Part shown: positions 52,370 to 64,000 of the stretch, in pieces | How positions within the stretch are numbered: position 1 is the first letter of the stretch | How the letters are laid out: each line of letters starts with the position of its first letter | Source of the DNA: Isurus oxyrinchus | Taxonomy: Eukaryota | NCBI GenBank assembly: GCA_026770705.1 | Contig: JANJGN010000007.1 | Coordinates: 96,782,001-96,846,000, forward strand | DNA length: 64,000 nt | Reading direction: 5' to 3' | Notes under the pieces: generated by a model | What the model saw: only the letters and a program-made list of their open reading frames with translations | Told to the model about the DNA's origin: nothing | Databases searched by the model: none | Position numbers and translations under genes: made by a program

Positions 52370-54760
52370 GGTGGCTGGAATGCATGAAATATATGCAGAT
52401 CTATTGGCAATGCAATGTTCATTGGGAAAGCAAGCTATGTGTATGCCAAAGGGTTTCAGAGGAATTTTAACATTCTTGGTGAGTGAGCAAGAGCATGTCA
52501 GATACAATTCATCCTGCTAAAATGCCAATGTTTCTATTTTAGCCAGGTCAGTATAAAATCACAATATTTTGCATGGCGAATAGGCTTGGATAAGTTTATT
52601 TTCAGAGGAATTTGCTGATATAGCAAGTGATTAGGAAGCCAAATATTATCTTTGTTTTTCTTACAGAAGGATTGAAATATGAGATTTAATACGATTACTG
52701 GAATCATACAGGGTATTGTGAGTTCACTCACAAGGCACTGTCTGAAACCCTGTCTCATTGCGGCGGGAAAAAACAATCATAATTGCTCAAGACTCTTGCA
52801 ACATATTGTTAACTAAACTCGTTCCTTGGGTGTCAAAATTGTCCTATCTGGAAGGTTGCGTAGCCAGCACGTATATTGCCTGCAATTGGTTAAGAATAAG
52901 AAGTCGATCTTGCTAAACCATTATACCATTCTTAATAGTCTTGAACTAGTTGGTGCTGAAAAAAATGGTTCCAATGGTAGAATGATCTGCAGACATGTTA
53001 ATGGTCTCAGAATACAGGGTGATCACTTAGGAATGAGTTGAAGAGGGTTTTCTTCAGTCAAATACTTTTGAAACTTTGAAAACGTCAGCCCGAGAGCAGT
53101 GGATGTTCATTTGTTGAGCATATTAGAGACAGAGTTAAATGCAATGGAAATTAAGATATATGGGAATTAGAATTGCTAAGGTTGGCCATGACGGTACTCA
53201 ATGGTGAAACATGGTTGGTGCCCCACATGGATTACTCCATTTCCTACTTCTCATATCCATGCGTTCTTACATAAACCCTGACCATTTGCTTCCACGCATG
53301 TCCTGCTTTCAACCAGTCTAAGTTATGAACTCTTTCTTCTGATACTCTAGTGTAGGGGATGGCATATTCGCATAGATAGAGGACTGGTTTACTCTCAGGA
53401 AGCGGAGCTTAGGGATAAAAGTGTGGCCAATAATGCAGAAGAGTTGACTGCCTTGTTCAAAATTCTACCTGACCATACATTGAATAGATTCAATGAGCCG
53501 ACCTCTACTGTTCTTGGGAGAACACATTCCAAAACCTACCGACCCCGGGAGAAAAAACAAAATCTCCTCAGCTCAATTTTAAATGGGAAACTCCGAATTT
53601 TTAAACAATGTTTCCTAGTTCTAGACTGCGCCACAAAGGGTTAACATCATCTCAACATCCATCCTGGCACATCCCCTCAAAATAGAATACGTTTCAGTAA
53701 AATCACCTCTCTTTCTCCTAAACTCCAATGGGTAAAAGACCAACCCGAAAAACCTTTCCTCTTAAGACAATTCCTTCATCCCAGGAATCAAATTGATGAA
53801 CATTCTCAGAACTACTACCAATGCAAGCATATCCCGCCATAAGCAAAGTTTCCAAAACTGCACACAGTGCGCAATGTGTGATCACTAGAAGGCGATGTTT
53901 AGCTGCAGCAACACTGCTTATGTTTATATTCAATTCCACTTGCAGTAAACTAAAACATTCCATTATCATTAAATCATTTGCTGTACCTGCACCCCAATGC
54001 TCTGTCATTCATGTGCTAGCGCATTCAAATCACTCTGCACTTCAGATCACTACAGCTTCTCTTTACTTAAACGATATGCTGCTTTTCTGTTTCCTGTAAG
54101 TGTGGGCAAATTCACATTTTCCCACATTATACTTCATTTGCCAATATTTTGCCACTGACTTAACCCATGTAAATCACGTTGCTAATTCGTTATATCATAA
54201 GGAATACTTACATTCCTACCTACCTTTGTGCCATCAGCAAGATTAGCTTACATACATTCGGTCCCCTTATGCGTGCCATTGTTCTATATTGTAAGTATTT
54301 GATGCCCCTGAACTAAGCACTGTTCACTCTACGAGGTACAATTTACCAATCGAAAAATAACTCATTGCCCCTACTATTTGCTTCCTGTTAGGTAACTAAT
54401 TCTTTATCCATGTTCATCTGTTACCACTTACACGATGGCCACTTATGTTGCATAGTAAATTTTGAGTAGCAGAATATCATATAACTTTTGGAAATGTAAT
54501 ATACTACATCTACTGGTCCTGCTTGATCCACCCTGTTCCTTACATCCTCAAGTATCCAATGAATTTGTGAAACATGATTTCGCTTTCTTAAAACTATATT
54601 GGTTTTCATTTCGATTTTCTAAATTTCTTGTTGCTGCTTTATTAATAATGGATTCCAGTAATTTACCCCTGACAGATATCAGACCAACTGGTAACTATGT
54701 CCTGCTTTGTGCCTTCCTGCTTTCTTGAATATTAAGTTATTTTCGCTACTCTTTCTTCTA
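52370..54760. mobile_element. Several old CR1 fragments in both orientations
   Basis: Degenerate CR1 3' sequence, + at 52370-53260 and - at 53480-54760 (LEDVRNRVDQAGPVDVVY). Confidence 0.6.
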
Positions 54761-55963
54761 AACTCTAGGAGATATAGGCAGCGTCTGCGCAATCCCCTCA
54801 TCGCAGGAGTTGAATAACATTTCACATTTACACCCAGTGCAACATTCCAAACTCATATCACATCCACATCAGACTTTCTTGTGCTTCTGGGTTGTGGGTC
54901 AAATTACATTCTGTTTGGAGATCACTGCCCTACTCCGCATTATTGTGGCTGGGTTATAATTGGTCATTCTTATTTTGCCATCACTGCTGTTATACTTTAG
55001 GAGCCAACAGAAGATCGGACGCAGGAATCTCTTTCGTGTTTACCCACCTGGTTTTAACTTCTAATAGGCTGGCTTGTGCTACCTTGTGCCCTCTGTTAAT
55101 CTTTCTTGCTCCGGCCTCAGGGTCTGATACTTATGCTAGATGTGCACTGCATGTCCTGGTACTTACCGCAGTATTGATTCGCTTTTCTAATTTCTGGTGA
55201 AAGTCGATGTTTAAAAGCGTAACCAATTCACGTCCACAATCGCCCTCTTACCCATCACCAATTTCAGATCACTGACCCGAGTAGCAACCTCTCTGATCTA
55301 ACAACTCAGTCTCCGATCGCCCGGACCACTCCCATCCCCCCTCCGGCCCCAGTAACCATCTTCAGATACATCTACACATCCCTGGCACTACTATTCACAT
55401 CCCTTACCTGACATCACACCCCTTCAATCACACTGGTTATCTATCGGTATTGCCTACATAACCCAACACTACAAACAGGCTACCTGACGCATCTGTTTCA
55501 TGCCCCCAGTAGACTAAGCTTCTGACTGCATACACCCAACGACACCACAACTGACATTCTGACACTTTTACCTTCTCTGACCAGATTGCCTGCATCCACC
55601 AACGCGGCAACATATGCCCTGACCCCATCACTCACCCTGCCCTCCAAGGCTGCCCACCACCTGAGACCCGACTCTTCACATCGCAAACTATTTGCATATT
55701 CGCCCCCAACCCCGGACGTGACTACCAACCCCCTCGACCAGTTTAACCAGGCTGCCAACTGCATGCGGCCTGGCACAAAAATCTCTGCTGGCGACTCCAC
55801 TGCCCACGTCCACCCTCGACCTGAATACAGAAACCCCATCAACTGCTCCCCCTTCCAATTGGACCACATGGCTCCCAAACCGAACTACACACCTCCCCGG
55901 TGCACTCTTGTGAAATTAAGATCTACATGCCCGGCTCAACTGTTAATTATATGCGAATTATAT

Positions 55964-58700
55964 TGTTAAAATCGATAGAAGAACAGCATTGCTAAATTCA
56001 GTATATGGAGATTTACAAAGTGACGCTGTTGGGGCACTTTGTTGGTAGGCGGGAAGCAAATGAATTTAATGCTGCTTCCTGTAAATAAACCTATGATCAA
56101 AAAAGTTTTAATGTGTAGTTTCACAATTTATTAACTAATTTGGAATCAAAGTAGGATGGTAGAAGTTTATCGTGGTCTAAATGTAACAAGGCGTTATTCT
56201 AGACGTAAGATTGGAATCTTAATCACCTTTGTAAAGAAAATGACTGAAAACATTTATAAAGTGTCAGTGTATGGTTACCCAGAGCGATTTAAAAACTTAT
56301 GACCAGCAGAAAAATAGAATGGTCTGGTGGATTCCAGTTACATCTTTACTAAAGAATAGACGTGCTATGGCCTTGACATTGTCACTTCCTGACTAAAACA
56401 AAATATGCAACTAAGATTTTGAAAGAGACATTCCTTTGGATCAGATGTCTGATGCTTTAAAAACAAGTGCCTGGATTGCAGTTGTTTGCTACATCCTTCA
56501 TGGAATAAGTCGGACATTCAGAAGTGTCATCGAAGATGGAATCGTCAATGATAGCCGTTGGGAACTGAAACATTCAAAAACGTGCATGAATGAAAATATT
56601 TTTAGAATATCTGGCAGATGACAGGATTGGTGTAAAAATGATTGACCAATTAACCCCAGGAATGCCCGTGGTATAGTAAAAACCTGTTTCAGATCGGGCT
56701 CAAAATATTATTATGCAGTAAATTGTCTAAGGCTGAACATTATTTTATTAAGTGACTCCTGACAGGGAAAGATCGGGAGTTTAAAATTATAACACTGTTC
56801 AGTCTGAGGGATTTGTACTGGTGAGAAGAAGCTTCAGTCCGGTACTGAATGCACTCGTCATGGATTCTTTTAATTGTACCATTTTGGATAGCGGTCGCTT
56901 ATCAACAGTAAGTGTAGCAAATTGGTTAAAATGTTGTTTGGAGTCTCTGCACAGCGACGATGGAAGTAAGGTAAACAAACATGGACGTTCTACTTGCATC
57001 AGTTTCAGGCATGACAACACATCAACGTTATTGAAAAGGGTGGTGATTCCATGTATTATGGCTGAAGTAAACCACGATATTCATACAGATCTGTCACGTA
57101 GTGAGCAAGCCTTCCATGAAAACGGCATACATAAAATTAGACATAGGACACGATGAAGCATTTTTGGGGTAGTAAGCAGATTTGTGATTTACCCAATAAG
57201 GACAGTATTTCATCCCTTTAACAAATGAAGCACCTCTAATCACAATGTTAAAGCAGTGTTCATTGCATCAGGTGATAAGAATTTGCGAGAGAGAAAAATG
57301 TCTTGCAATTACACCAACACGTTTCTAACCCCTCTTGTCACATACTCAATACTATCAGAGTAGGCATGCGTGGATGATGCTGAGTACACAAAGCTCTTTG
57401 AAGTTATGAGGGAAAATGTGATATATGCAGATTGTAGATAAAGGATGGAAAAGTAGATAGGGTCCTGACTAACAATTAGTTAGGTGAGGCTGTGGGTGAA
57501 ATTTGACAATGAGAAGTCTAGAGATGTGTGTGAAAACATGAACATTTTAGATATGAAGACCGCAACTGACAGTCCTTTCAGTAATGGTCTCTCTGAAAGG
57601 AATGTCAAGGTGATTACCATATGTTCCACAAGATTTTAACCAACCAGCCAAACTGCATGGTAACTTCTGGCCTGGAATTAAAAAAAAAAACTTCTGGCCT
57701 GGACTGGCCAACTAACTTAAACAATTATTTTCAAACACTTGAGAGCTATAGGTTGTAATTGTTCGTCTACTGGAGCAGCCCCTAAATACCTGTTGTAATG
57801 TTTAAAAGCCCCCAGATTCTCGAAGTTACGACAATTACTTCCACTTTTTTCTGTGGAGTTGAATGTCCTACATGCAGAAGGAAGGGCATTAATCAAAGCA
57901 GAAGTATTCGAGAGAATTCACGAGGTTTATGGCATTGCAGAAGACCATGAGGCATTGGCTTTAAGTCTGGAGTTTTAGTGTATTATAACAAGAAGACGAA
58001 GAAGAAATGGAAAGGTCCGGAAAAGGTGATCGGGTCTGAAGGGAAGACAGTGTTTAGCAACATGGTCTTCACTGTATTAATGACAATTCATCTTGGTTAA
58101 TCGGGATTGATGATAGAACTTTGGAATCTGGTAAATAAATAAAGTGATGAGGCACTTCACATATTCAAATGATCGATAGCTCTGATGAGCAGGATACAGC
58201 ATATAAGGGGCAGCATGATGATAGATAAAGTGATACTAATGCACATAATAATGTTATGATACCCAAAGGACAATTGTGTCTAGTGTTGGAGAACCAACAT
58301 AGCAGAAGCGTTCGGTGAATTTAGAAATGCGGCCATTGCAGGAGGAGCAAAGGAACACACCAGCAGATTCAAAGTTTGGTGAAATGTGCAATATGATGAA
58401 AAAGAGTTAAGAGCTAGGGGCTGGTAAAATTACGTAAATGATGCAAAACAAAGAAACATAGTGTGAGCCCCATAGTGGATCTGGGAGTGACTCTGGCACT
58501 GGGAAACGATCACCTCCTTGAGAGAAAACCTCTGATAATGAGAGGCAGGGATCCATCAGCAGCAATTCGGAAAGACGTACGAAGGCAAGTAGAGGCCACA
58601 GCTTGTCCAGGGTAAGTGGCAGAACAAGAACTACCGAGGAACCTAGGAACAGTATTGAAAGTAGAATCCTTTATGTTCCGCAAGTATTCATGCATGCAAA
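55964..58700 (+). mobile_element. Degenerate Copia-type LTR retrotransposon (LTR, PBS, gag, protease, integrase)
   Basis: PBS-like tggttacccagagcg at 56272 (iMet-like). Protease ILDSGRLSTVSVANWL...FRHDN..LLKRVVIPCIMA...IHTD. Integrase remnants GEI*/..TATDSPFSNGLSERN at about 57495-57600. Integrase follows protease with no RT between, which is the Copia order. Confidence 0.7.
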
Positions 58701-59159
58701 TTAATTAGAAAATAGCTTAATAAGAGAGACAAAACACCGTGGTGGACAGCTGGCAAGAATTTGATGTACTTTCTGAAGCGCTGGATAGGAGACAGCCAGC
58801 TTTATCATGTAGATGGAGCTGGAAGTACTTCCGGGTGGAATAGACAATGCTGAAGTGAAGCCAATAGCTCGAGATTTTGAAGAGAGACTTGGAGGTGAAC
58901 ATTTCAGAGTGGAATCCGCCACGGCCAGAAAAATAACCTTGAACATTTTCTTCACTGTTAGCCACATATTCGTAGGCTGACTGATACAAACAATGCATTT
59001 TTGAAGGATGAAAATAAACAAAACATCAAACAGATGTGGTTTTGAAATCACCCACGGAAGCCAGCGACGTAAAAGGGAAGCTGTGGACATTAACCTAATG
59101 TGGTTATGAATTGAACGATGTGTCAAGATTGTGGCATTTTTTGGCTATGTGTGTCGTGC

Positions 59160-62100
59160 TGAAAGGGGGATGCAATTATGGGGAGGTTATGCAAAACACG
59201 CCCGTTCCGGCTACTCTCTCCCCTGACTCAAATGTCCCCCACCCCCTCCTGACCTGACAACTAACTCGCGCGACCAGAGATCCCTTCCAAATGTGACAGC
59301 TGAAACTATTCGTGGAGGCAGCAAAGAATTACGGGACATGGGAGGGCTTAGGCATCCATCATTAATGATGTTGCTCCCTCATGTATTGCTGAAAAAATTG
59401 GAAAGTAATAACATAAGTATTGCAATAACAGTACAGCTCACAAACGCACAGTGAAAAGTCAATGGATCCGAGAAGTGTGGACGAGCTTTGTCGCCACAAG
59501 GACCTGATATGGTGCCCCGCAAGAAGTAGAATTATCTCACATGAGCTGTCATGGACAGTGAATTCAATTTATATTGCTGTCTCCTACTTCTTGCAACACT
59601 AACCTAAGCAACTGCTCCATTTGCCACAATTACAAACTGTTATCAATTAGGGTTCACATTTAACATACATTTACTTCAGTTCACAATCACACAGGTAGAA
59701 GTTACTGAAAGCCCAATGCTTTGGATGCGCACAGTGCATGCTTTTCAAACATAATCAGCTCTCACCTAAAGCAAATGGTGTGATATTCTCCTACCTATTC
59801 TGCCTTGCAGGAGAACGTGGTTCAAAATCAAATGCAGCAGGAACAAACCACAATAGAAGAGCCACGTCCTCAACCCGGTGGATGAGATTGTGCTAGGCAT
59901 TATGGGAGTAGCTCTTACAGAGTCCAAGTGTAATAGTGAGTCTGAAACATTTGTAAATGGTGGTTCCTCTTATGTAATGTTCCTTCTCACATTCCGTGCT
60001 GTTCTCATTCCAGGATTCTCGCAATAACCTGGAGATGGTGCATGCAATCATCTCGATTCGTTCCCCTTCTTATAAACATAACTTTACTTTTGTCTTCTTC
60101 ACTCCAACTTCTGGCGATTGCAAATATCAAATACATGTAAGAAATCAGGTATGGAGCACAAGAATAAATAGATAATTGAGACTCAGCCCGAAAACCAGAT
60201 TTCACACTCACAATAACCAGCTTAGGCATTGACACTGGACATATATTAGAAGGCAGAGTAAAGGCTTGGTTTTCACGTGACGAAATGGAGCCACGGCAAG
60301 GAGAGACTATGGGACATCTACCAGCTTGCCAGAGGGCAAAGTCGTGCACTAAATCTACTACAGATGGCCAGCCGACAGGAACAGGCTGGTGGTTATGGGA
60401 AAAAATGTTCGGTGCTTTTGGAAGTGTGAAATGGCAAGAAGCATGGACTTATCACGTTACTTTACAAAGAACTTGAAACATGCACTTTCCAGTGTGGTAG
60501 TCCTAGCCAAATCCATTGGAATTCTAATGTACCTGGTCGTGGCAGCGTATGTGATGGCCGATGTCTTAGCTTGCATTACCTAAGTCGTAACTTTCATCAA
60601 AGGTTTGGGTGCTTCAGTTACAGCTCAGACTGGTCGCAAGCACGCTGGGATTTAGACTACTGGGATTATGGCTCCGAATATCCGTGCTCAAAGGAGAGTT
60701 CAGTGTATCACTGCTGCCCATCAAACCATATCTCTCTGCCTCTGTCCTGGCTGTTTCCTATCAGCACGGAATATCAGACTCCTGACCCACATGTTCAGTG
60801 AGCAAAGCCGGAAGAAGCGTATTCGAAGACCAGAAGTGCTCCACGTTGCCCTTGCGGCCTTGTACAGTCTTCTCCACTTTATATCTGCAGGCTCCACCAC
60901 ATATTGTTTTAGTCAATGGGTTAGCACTTTGTTGAGGAATAATATTCCAATGCAAAGTGGCACTACGGTACTGTGCAAATGAGATTGTTGAAAGTTTCAT
61001 GAAATGACTCCTTAAATTGGTGTGGAATATTTATTTTGTGTTGACTTTTATTTTTCCACTGTCCGCCTGAATATTATGCATGGGCCAGTGGCAGAACAAA
61101 GGTGGGAACTAGGACACCATTAGTGATCGGGGAATTGTGTTCTCAATTCCGAAGATCACACCCGAATGGTGTGCCCGGGAAAAATGTTTGCCTAAATGCT
61201 TCTTCCCAGAGCGGATACATACAGTCCCCCCTCTTTCTTCCATTCATGCTTCTCCTCCTCAGCATCTAGCATGATAGTTGATGCCAAGATTTGTCATTCT
61301 CGATGGGAACATTGGGCAGTTTACCGCCATGAATATGAAACCCCTCATCGAATTCTTGAACTGTGGAGGCAGTGAAATTGTTGCTGCAACAATGCAATGA
61401 CCTGGCCTATCCCATTTGTTGTGGCGGAATGGCCCTCATTGTGCACACCTTGAATATGTTGCATATCAAAGTCATGAATAATGTGGTTAATAGATAGCCT
61501 TGGCACTCAATAGTCACGCGAGGTTTCCTAATGTGATTGAAATATCGCTGGGAGGGTAAGCAAGTGAATAATGATATTCTCAGGATTTATGCCAGGATAA
61601 CTGACCTGCTGATACAATCCATATGACAAAAGATCAATTGGGCGCAGAGGAGGTAGGATTCTTTTCGGTTTTTGTAAATGTAAGAGTTAATAAACCGTAT
61701 TTGCACACACTTTCCGTGCAGTAAATGGCGCAATGTTACTTGGATAAAGCAATAATCTAGCAGGCCCTAATTCTAACTCTCACTACATTTCTGTGGCAAG
61801 ATGTGATTCATTATAATGTATTTCTTTGTGAACCGAGCCTCAGTGACCTTCCTTGTATAAGAACGGCATGACAATGATGTGATTTACATCATCGCCAAGC
61901 TCTAGCCTGGAAGAAGCCAGGCGAACAAAATGCTCTTGACAGGGCGGTTATTGCCTTGCTCTGAGTTTGCAGTTGTGATTGCAGCAGTTTGTGAATTTCA
62001 CTGATGGCGCCCTTAGTGAAGCGCAGACATCGCTTACACATTTCCTCGATCCGGTTGGAGAATTGATCCCGTGACACTATCGGCAAATACGGCTTCCTGT

Positions 62101-62733
62101 AGAGAAAATTGACACCCATCGCTTCCCCACCCATCACTTTCACATTTAACATTTTTTTTCTGATTTATGGTGCCTTTGATGATTCTTTTGCCCATGCACA
62201 GTTTCACTTTGACACGCTACTCTTTCATCGATGTATGGACGTAATTATTTAGTGCAGAAGCCCTGAAATTAACAGTGAGTAAATCGTCTAACTCCCTGTA
62301 GAATTTGAAACATGGGAAGCTAAAAGCACATTCAAAGTTATAAAAACAGCTAGAAACAAGCCAGCCACGAATTAATACGTGAATAGTTGAAACACAGTTC
62401 AAATTGGGCGGCGGTGGGGTTCAAAGTGTATATTTGTTTCACAGACCATTTGGCTGTTCCAAGATCACTTACAGGCCAAAAGTAGGCGCTGCCAAGTTCG
62501 CGTTCTCAGCCCGAATGGTTCAGCGAGAATTTTTCAATTTAGTTGGCTGGAGAGGCACGCTGGCTCTTGTTCTGCTCACGCAGCTCACACATTCCCTTTC
62601 GAGGGCAACCCCTTTGAGAAGATCTCTCTTAACCGCAAGTTCCAGCAGAAAAGCTGAAGAAAACACAGTGGATAGCTGTGATCATAACGAACGGCCAGTA
62701 ACGTTCTCCCGACCAGGCAGCAAAATCTGGGCC
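59160..62733. mobile_element. PIF/Harbinger DNA transposon remnant (Myb/SANT gene +, HARBI1-like transposase -)
   Basis: Transposase N-terminus IEEMCKRCLRFTKGAISEIHKLLQSQLQTQSKAITALS...GFFQ (61889-62152, -). Degenerate Myb-like gene with intron (..KK*NYL.. / cag|ENVVQNQMQQEQT) at about 59340-59960. Ends approximate. Confidence 0.7.
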
Positions 62734-63816
62734 ATTGTCTTTTTATAATTCAAAGTCGGAAGTTAATTTGTTTTAACTGTAATAGCTGCCCAGTGGAGAT
62801 CTTCCGTTTCCCCGCTTCTCGTCATTTCGTCTACAGCAAAGTTCTGCGCACAACGCTCCTCTGCTCCTGGCCTCTGCTCAGCATCCCCTTTAGGGAGCCT
62901 ACGCAGGTCAGGCGCAGGGAATGTGCAGTAACCATCCTATGATAGATTGATTTGCGTCCTCCTTGTCCTCCTGCACACGTGCCATGAATTATCTTTCTAC
63001 AAGCCTTTATTTCGCATGTAAATCGCGATTTCCTGGGTGCGCCCCTGCCGTTTGAATCTTATCTGGGAAATTAAATTTTGCAGCAGACTAAACCCGCCGC
63101 TCACCAAAATTTGCCCTCGTTTTTTTCACTTAATAACAAGACTTTTGCTTCCCAATATGGTTAAAATAAGGGAAATCTCGGCCTTGCTGCTGATATTTTG
63201 GAAGTAGAATCACAGACTCTCGATCATAACGTAATTACCTATTTTACTAATCATAAAATAAATGGCAATACGAAGAACATGAAAGTTCTGAGCCGCGTGA
63301 GGTTTGCATTCGGTTTGCCGCAGTCTCCGGCGTTAACACTGGTGATCTGAAGCATATCACTAACTTTGAACTCTAATAAGGGAGGCACAATCTTAAATCC
63401 TCATGCTAATCATGGATACATTTTTAATTTTTCTTCAGTTTGTATGCTCAACAAGATGGCATTTTCCCCCAAGCATTTCGGAAAATAGATGATAGTCAAC
63501 CAGAACCAATTGAAAGGCTCCCATATTATATTCCAGTTGAAAGAAAAGCGTGGGATCCATGAAACGGATAATCCTTTTACTATCACCTGTAATTCGCCCG
63601 CTCATGCTCTAAAATTGCCGTCGATATTAAACTGACTTTTATAAAGATATGGATTAGGATGTTGGTACCTTTACGGCACAGTAGAAATCTATGCGCTACA
63701 GCCGCCAACTTTACCCGGTCTCCAACGCCGCATTGACAGGGCTGAAACAAAACGTTTGGCTGTAAACGTTTCGTGGTGTGGAAGTAAAGGTTTTTTCTTC
63801 CCTTTCATTTTTCTAG

Positions 63817-64000
63817 TTCCACCACACCCTCTGAAAAGTAACTCTCAACAACCCGAAATGGATTAATCTGTGTCCCTTGCTGTCTTATTCTCGACATCTC
63901 CCTTTTACCCGAAGGATATCAGCTTCATTTGGTACAAACATGGAATGAAGACAACAACGGGGATAAACACCATTATTAAACCCAAGACCGCTGGAATATA
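63817..64000 (+). pseudogene. 5' part of an Ig C1-set exon, pseudogene paralog of 27441-27740
   Basis: Acceptor tttcatttttctAG. (V)PPHPLKSNSQQPEMD*SVSLAVLFSTSPFYPKDISFIWYKHGMKTTTGINTIIKPKTAGIY aligns with PPIPL...LTILCKTAAFYPDSINVTWYK...TGI...GLY. In-frame TAA at 63864 and loss of the B-strand Cys. Confidence 0.88.

Noticed and set aside
63280-63410. AAVSGVNTGDLKH resembling AADSGVYYCGVKH, as a V relic for the third paralog
   Set aside because: The similarity is short, with no Cys, Trp or donor support. It needs a profile alignment before any call.
1-64000. Prokaryotic systems (CRISPR arrays, operons, rRNA)
   Set aside because: The sequence is intron-containing vertebrate-type DNA. I saw no repeat-spacer arrays or rRNA.

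Overview
Eukaryotic, repeat-rich genomic DNA. The repeat repertoire (CR1 LINEs with SGNH ORF1, Penelope elements with hammerhead-like pLTRs, Harbinger, Copia, an ERV) points to a cartilaginous fish, probably a shark; this is inference. Most ORFs in the track are transposon fragments or noise. The main host content is a small cluster of non-rearranging, antigen-receptor-like Ig-superfamily genes. (1) One apparently intact + strand gene: leader 25376-25433, germline-joined VJ-type V exon 25563-25883, C1 exon 27441-27740, TM exon with an N-terminal Arg 29411-29518, probable terminal exon at 31103. All introns are phase 1, the product is about 263 aa, and no RSS was found. (2) Two paralogous C1 exons at the window edges (1-136 and 63817-64000), both with signs of pseudogenisation. 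(3) A divergently oriented minus-strand V-TM (NKp30-like) gene, absent from the ORF track, with a decayed V exon (about 16377-16700) and a still-open Lys/Arg-bearing TM exon (14352-14455). Notable mobile-DNA structures: a near-intact Penelope element with an inverted pLTR and 14-bp TSD nested in a pol-deleted ERV; a palindromic mini-Penelope with TSD; a tRNA/Tx1 composite SINE with TSD; and a recent 257-bp templated inverted duplication. Boundaries of old repeats are approximate.
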